DNA of 64,000 nt from Candidatus Adlerbacteria bacterium. GTDB lineage: Bacteria; Patescibacteriota; Minisyncoccia; Phycocordibacterales; SBAW01. The stretch lies in contig CAISEE010000046.1 of NCBI GenBank assembly GCA_903884345.1, forward strand, positions 3,830-67,829. Reading direction: 5' to 3'. Below the pieces are notes generated by a model. The model made no database searches, was not told the origin of the DNA, and saw nothing but the letters and a program-made list of their open reading frames with translations. This document shows positions 60,110 through 64,000 of this stretch, in pieces (positions within the stretch are counted from its first letter, which is position 1; each line of letters opens with the position of its first letter). A program made the translations under genes and the position numbers.

Positions 60110-60130
60110 TACGGAGGACTGTCCTCCGTA
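60110..60130. repeat. REP-like palindrome, copy 3
   Basis: TACGGAGG-ACTGT-CCTCCGTA. Confidence 0.72.
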
Positions 60131-60181
60131 AATTTTGATTTTCCCCATCTGGGAAATAGAAACTGTGATAAACTTTGCAGC

Positions 60182-60481
60182 ATGAAGACACCACTATACT
60201 TGCACGCACTAGCTGTGTTTTGTTTGTATGTTATTTGGCATTTTACTATCGGATTGCAATACGGTCTCATGTACTCGTCGTTGCTCGTCGATATCGTCGC
60301 CTTCGCTTTGTATGTAATTTTATTTGCAGCAGGACTCGCGGTTGTGGGATCGATTTGGTTACCGACAAAATTTCGGTTTATCAACAGCCGTAGACGAGCG
60401 TACCTAGCTATAATCGTTGCGGCTTACTTCTTTTTGTCCATCGTTGGATTTATATGGGCGGTTGCAGCAGGAGGCATGTAG
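60182..60481 (+). CDS. AT-rich three-TM membrane protein
   Basis: Hydrophobic 99-aa ORF with atypical composition. Confidence 0.65.
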   Translation: MKTPLYLHALAVFCLYVIWHFTIGLQYGLMYSSLLVDIVAFALYVILFAAGLAVVGSIWLPTKFRFINSRRRAYLAIIVAAYFFLSIVGFIWAVAAGGM

Positions 60482-60520
60482 GCTTGCCCTCGAAGACGCG
60501 TTCTCTGCAGTACCAAACTG

Positions 60521-60556
60521 AAAACCCGCCGCATCGTTTCGAATGCGGCGGGTTTT
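60521..60556. terminator. Terminator after rplE (bidirectional)
   Basis: AAAACCCGCCGCAT...ATGCGGCGGGTTTT. Confidence 0.88.
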
Positions 60557-60568
60557 TCGGTAAAAAAA

Positions 60569-61108
60569 TTATTTCTTGAACGGGAGACCGAGGTGTTCGA
60601 GGTAGGCCAGGGCAGACTCGCGGGTGGTGGCGGTGGTGACGATGGTGATCGCCATACCGAAAACGTCCTTGAGCTCCTCGTCGGCGGTTTCAGGGAAGAC
60701 CGAGTGCTCTTTGATGCCGAGGGTGTAGTTGCCCATCTCGTCGACGGCGGTCTTGGAGATACCCTTGAAGTCTTTAGTACGCGGGAGGGCGACGTGGATC
60801 AGGCGGTTGAGGAAGTCCTCTTTGCGCTTGCCGCGCAGCGTCACCTGGTAGCCAATGACGTCGCCGATACGGGTCTTGAAGGTCGCGACGGCCTTCTTGG
60901 CGCCGCGGGAAATCGGCTTCTGGCCGGTGATCTTGGCGAGGCGGTCGATGACGAGGGCAATCTTTGCCTTGTCTTTGGTCATTTTGCCCACACCAACCGA
61001 CACGACAACCTTCTCGATCTTCGGGGTCTGCATGACGTTCGTCCACGCAAAGTCACCTTTGAGGGTCGAGTACGCGGTCTTCTGCTGTTCGTGTATAAGT
61101 TGGGTCAT
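60569..61108 (-). CDS. rplE: 50S ribosomal protein L5
   Basis: ITGQKP, VTLRG, ALPRTKDFKG. Confidence 0.98.
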   Translation of the reverse strand: MTQLIHEQQKTAYSTLKGDFAWTNVMQTPKIEKVVVSVGVGKMTKDKAKIALVIDRLAKITGQKPISRGAKKAVATFKTRIGDVIGYQVTLRGKRKEDFLNRLIHVALPRTKDFKGISKTAVDEMGNYTLGIKEHSVFPETADEELKDVFGMAITIVTTATTRESALAYLEHLGLPFKK

Positions 61109-61125
61109 AGTGGTGTGTTACTTGT

Positions 61126-61143
61126 GGTGAGCGTAGTCGAACT
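61126..61143. repeat. Degenerate GAGCnnnGTCGA repeat in the rplX-rplE spacer
   Basis: GGTGAGC-gta-GTCGAACT. Confidence 0.55.
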
Positions 61144-61420
61144 ACTTCTTCTTGGCGACGCGCGTCTTCTTTGCCTTTGCCTCGGCCTTCACCTCGACGG
61201 TGCTCTTGACCTTGCTTGCGTGGATCGGATGGTGCTTGTCGATAATCTGCCCCTGCTGGCCTTCGCGGCGCGGCTTCTGGTGCTTTTTGTGAAAGCCCAC
61301 ACCCTCGACGACGACTTTGTTCTCTTTGGGGAACACCTCGATGACTTTGCCGGACTTGCCCTTCTCGGATCCCGAGAGGATGATCACGGTGTCACCTTTC
61401 TTTACGTGGAGAGTATTCAT
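61142..61420 (-). CDS. rplX: 50S ribosomal protein L24
   Basis: [21 protein letters not shown] motif. Confidence 0.97.
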   Translation of the reverse strand: MNTLHVKKGDTVIILSGSEKGKSGKVIEVFPKENKVVVEGVGFHKKHQKPRREGQQGQIIDKHHPIHASKVKSTVEVKAEAKAKKTRVAKKK

Positions 61421-61425
61421 AGGCG

Positions 61426-61806
61426 TTATACGACTTCCGGCGCGCGGGAGATGATAGTCTGATAACCAAGCTCCGAAAGCTCGCGCGGGATCGGGCCGAA
61501 GATGCGGCCAGCCTTGGGCTCCTGCGGGCTCCTGCCGGTGCCTTCGATAATCACGACGGCGTTCTCGTCGAAGCGCAGGTACGATCCGTCTTTTCGGCGA
61601 AACGGCTTCTTCTGGCGGACGACGACGGCCTTGAGGATGTCCTTCTTCTTGACGCCCTTGCGCGGCTCGGCGGTCTGGACCGACACGATCACGACCTCGC
61701 CGATCTCGGCGTAGCGCTTGTGGGACGAACCCGGCACCTTGAAGACGCGGGCGATCTTGGCGCCGGTGTTATCTGCAACTACAACGAGTGAGCGGTCTTG
61801 TATCAT
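61426..61806 (-). CDS. rplN: 50S ribosomal protein L14
   Basis: [20 protein letters not shown]. Confidence 0.98.
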   Translation of the reverse strand: MIQDRSLVVVADNTGAKIARVFKVPGSSHKRYAEIGEVVIVSVQTAEPRKGVKKKDILKAVVVRQKKPFRRKDGSYLRFDENAVVIIEGTGRSPQEPKAGRIFGPIPRELSELGYQTIISRAPEVV

Positions 61807-61807
61807 G

Positions 61808-62053
61808 TTAGTTAAATACGATTTCGAATGACTTCGTCTTCGACAACGGACGGCAGGAACGGATCACCACCTGCTCCCCTTCCTTGGCCTTGTTGCCCGG
61901 ATTGTGCGCGTGGTACTTCTTGGTGATCTTCATGTACTTCTTGTACTTGGGGTGCTTGACGTAGCGAAGCACCGCGACCACGGCCGTGTCCTGCATCTTG
62001 TCCGAGGTGACGACACCGCGAAGGGTTTTTCTGTTGGTGGTAATTGGTTCCAT
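61808..62053 (-). CDS. rpsQ: 30S ribosomal protein S17
   Basis: SDKMQDT, HPKYKK, RPLSKTK. Confidence 0.97.
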   Translation of the reverse strand: MEPITTNRKTLRGVVTSDKMQDTAVVAVLRYVKHPKYKKYMKITKKYHAHNPGNKAKEGEQVVIRSCRPLSKTKSFEIVFN

Positions 62054-62056
62054 ATG

Positions 62057-62251
62057 CTATTTCGAGTTACGTACGGTGAGCTCGGTCAGGCTGCGCGCAA
62101 TGTCCTTGCGGAGGGTGCGGGCGAGCTTTACGTTACGATTTTTACTCCCTGCGACGGAAAAACGCAAGGTGCGGAGCTCTTCGCGCTTACCGGCGACGAG
62201 ATTGTTGATCTCTTCGACGGAGTGGTTGATAAGGGTAAGTTTCTTTGACAT
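62057..62251 (-). CDS. rpmC: 50S ribosomal protein L29
   Basis: LRF...RKDIAR; synteny. Confidence 0.9.
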   Translation of the reverse strand: MSKKLTLINHSVEEINNLVAGKREELRTLRFSVAGSKNRNVKLARTLRKDIARSLTELTVRNSK

Positions 62252-62263
62252 ACAAATGTGGGG

Positions 62264-62683
62264 TTAGGCGCGGGCAACGACCTTAGCTTTCAGCGGGAGC
62301 TTCTTTGACGCACCGACCAAAGCCTTGGTGGCGATGACCTCAGAGACGCCGTCGACCTCGAAGAGGACACGTCCCGGCCAGATCTCGACCTCGTAGCCGA
62401 CCGGATCACCCTTGCCCTTGCCGAGCTTCACTTCAGGCGGCTTCTGGGTAAAGGGCTTGTCGGGGAAGATGCGCACCCAGACCTTGCCGGTCTTGCCCAA
62501 GGAGCGAGCGATCACCTTGCGGGCGCTCTCGATCTGGTTGGAGCGGACGCGAGCGTGAGTCACCGCCTTGAGGCCGTGGCTGCCGAAGGCGACCGTGATG
62601 CCACGCGAGGCGACCATGTCGCGCTTGGTGTTGCGACGCATCGTGTGCGATTTGCGGAATTTAACTTTCTTAGGGAAAAGCAT
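62264..62683 (-). CDS. rplP: 50S ribosomal protein L16
   Basis: MLFPKKVKFRK, QIESAR, RIFPDKP. Confidence 0.98.
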   Translation of the reverse strand: MLFPKKVKFRKSHTMRRNTKRDMVASRGITVAFGSHGLKAVTHARVRSNQIESARKVIARSLGKTGKVWVRIFPDKPFTQKPPEVKLGKGKGDPVGYEVEIWPGRVLFEVDGVSEVIATKALVGASKKLPLKAKVVARA

Positions 62684-62689
62684 GGTAGT

Positions 62690-63358
62690 TTATTTATCTT
62701 TCTTGTCCCCCGCGAAGACCTCGCCGCGGTAGATCCAAACCTTGATGCCGGTGACGCCGAGCGGGAGGTTCGCACGCTCACGAGCGTAGTCGATGTCGGA
62801 GCGAAGCGTCTGGAGCGGAATGCGGCCCTTCTTGAGCTCCTCTTTGCGCGCCATCGAACCGCCGCCGAGCATACCGCCGAGCGCGATACGAACACCCTTG
62901 ACCTCGCGGTTGGCCATCACCTTCTCGATGGTCTGCTTGAGGACGCGGCGAAACGGCATGCGCTTCTCGAGCCCCTCTGCCACCATGTAGGCGACGATAG
63001 CGGCCGAGCTCTCGGGTGAGCGAATCTCCTCGATGTCGAGTTTGATCTCGGGCACCGCGAGTTGCTTTTTGGTAAGGAACGCGACGATCTTGTTGCGGAG
63101 CTTGACCGAGCCTTCACCGGAGCGGCCGATGATGACGCCCGGGCGCGAGGTCTTGATGACGATGCGGAGGGTCTTTTGGTTGCGCTCGATCTCGAGGCCG
63201 CCGATGTACATACCGCGCAGCTCCTTTTGGAGGTACTCGCGCAGGAGGATGTCCGCCTTCAAATACTCCTGGTACTTGCCGTCGTCGGCAAACCAGCGAT
63301 GACGCCAGTCACGGAGGGTTCCCAAACGGTGCGCATATGGATGGACAACTTTAGACAT
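62690..63358 (-). CDS. rpsC: 30S ribosomal protein S3
   Basis: RPGVIIGR, PLQTLRSDIDY, GIKVWIY. Confidence 0.98.
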   Translation of the reverse strand: MSKVVHPYAHRLGTLRDWRHRWFADDGKYQEYLKADILLREYLQKELRGMYIGGLEIERNQKTLRIVIKTSRPGVIIGRSGEGSVKLRNKIVAFLTKKQLAVPEIKLDIEEIRSPESSAAIVAYMVAEGLEKRMPFRRVLKQTIEKVMANREVKGVRIALGGMLGGGSMARKEELKKGRIPLQTLRSDIDYARERANLPLGVTGIKVWIYRGEVFAGDKKDK

Positions 63359-63362
63359 AGGA

Positions 63363-63701
63363 TTATTTCGTTTTCGGCGTTTTGCGGGTCAAAGAAAGCG
63401 TGACGTGGCTCGACTTCTTGCGGATGGCCGAGGCGCGTCCGCGAGCACGCGGCATCGAGCGGCGCAGGACGACGCCACCGTTGACCTCGATCTTCGAGAT
63501 GAAAACTTCACCTGCCGAGGCTCCCGAGTTGGCAACCGCCGACGAAATGAGCTTCTGAAGCGGCAGTGACGCGCGCTTCGGGAGGTTGGCGAGAAGTGCC
63601 AGTGCGCGCTCGGCGCTTTTGCCGCGCACGAGGTCAGCGACAAGACGCACCTTGCGCGGAGACTGTCGGTAGCTGTTGAGTGATGCGGTTGCGTCTGCCA
63701 T
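63363..63701 (-). CDS. rplV: 50S ribosomal protein L22
   Basis: SPRKVRLVADLVRG, PRARGRA. Confidence 0.98.
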   Translation of the reverse strand: MADATASLNSYRQSPRKVRLVADLVRGKSAERALALLANLPKRASLPLQKLISSAVANSGASAGEVFISKIEVNGGVVLRRSMPRARGRASAIRKKSSHVTLSLTRKTPKTK

Positions 63702-63707
63702 AAATGT

Positions 63708-64000
63708 TTATTTTTTCTTTGCGGCTGCGCCCTTAACGTCGGTGGCTGCCTTGGCTGCCTGTGCCGAAGCGATCTCAGAGGCCTTGGCCTTCTGTTCCAT
63801 CTCCTTCTGCATCTTACCGCCGTGGCGGAGGAACTTCTTCGTCGGCGAGAACTCACCCAGGCGATGACCCACCATATCCTCGGAGACGAGAACTTCGATG
63901 TGGTTTTTACCGTTGTGCACGCCAAACTTGAAGCCGACCATCTCCGGGGAAATCTGGGAGCGGCGCGCCCACGTCTTAATAACCTCAGTCGTCTGTGGCT
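63708..64000 (-). CDS. rpsS: 30S ribosomal protein S19 (5' end outside the window)
   Basis: [26 protein letters not shown]; Ala/Lys-rich C-terminal extension. Confidence 0.96.
   Translation of the reverse strand, partial: PQTTEVIKTWARRSQISPEMVGFKFGVHNGKNHIEVLVSEDMVGHRLGEFSPTKKFLRHGGKMQKEMEQKAKASEIASAQAAKAATDVKGAAAKKK

Overview
A GC-rich bacterial chromosome segment that looks like Patescibacteria/CPR, most likely Parcubacteria. This placement is an inference from rpmD (L30) being absent between rpsE and rplO, a large type IV pilus locus with many prepilins, tRNA and tmRNA genes without encoded CCA, and a C-terminally extended S19. TGA is used as a stop, so the code is 11. In order, the window holds: the 5' part of ligA; a complete type IV pilus/competence locus (pilM-N-O, pilB-T-C, three major-type pilins, pilD, four minor pilins, divergent comF); tRNA-Ser(GCT); an accessory stretch (msrB, BI-1, CapA, HD hydrolase, broken kup, cyclophilin, ECF sigma/anti-sigma, malic enzyme); recG; tRNA-Ile(TAT); pyrD; ftsH; smpB and tmRNA; a GIY-YIG nuclease; a SET protein; orphan single-gene cassettes; glmS; an NRAMP transporter; infC-rpmI-rplT; a nucleotide-kinase cluster; and the S10/spc operon, split by a ~5.9 kb insert carrying a PilG/H/I (Xap)-like ABC module plus a glycosidase-like gene. 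The most interesting signals are non-coding. They are a minimal 6S-like RNA after ndk, an unassigned promoter- and terminator-bounded structured RNA before infC, a tRNA with a UAU anticodon, and palindromic repeats linked to a tmRNA-adjacent GIY-YIG gene, with palindromic inserts also sitting in frame in recG and a beta-CASP nuclease. All calls come from reading motifs by eye; no searches or folding were run.
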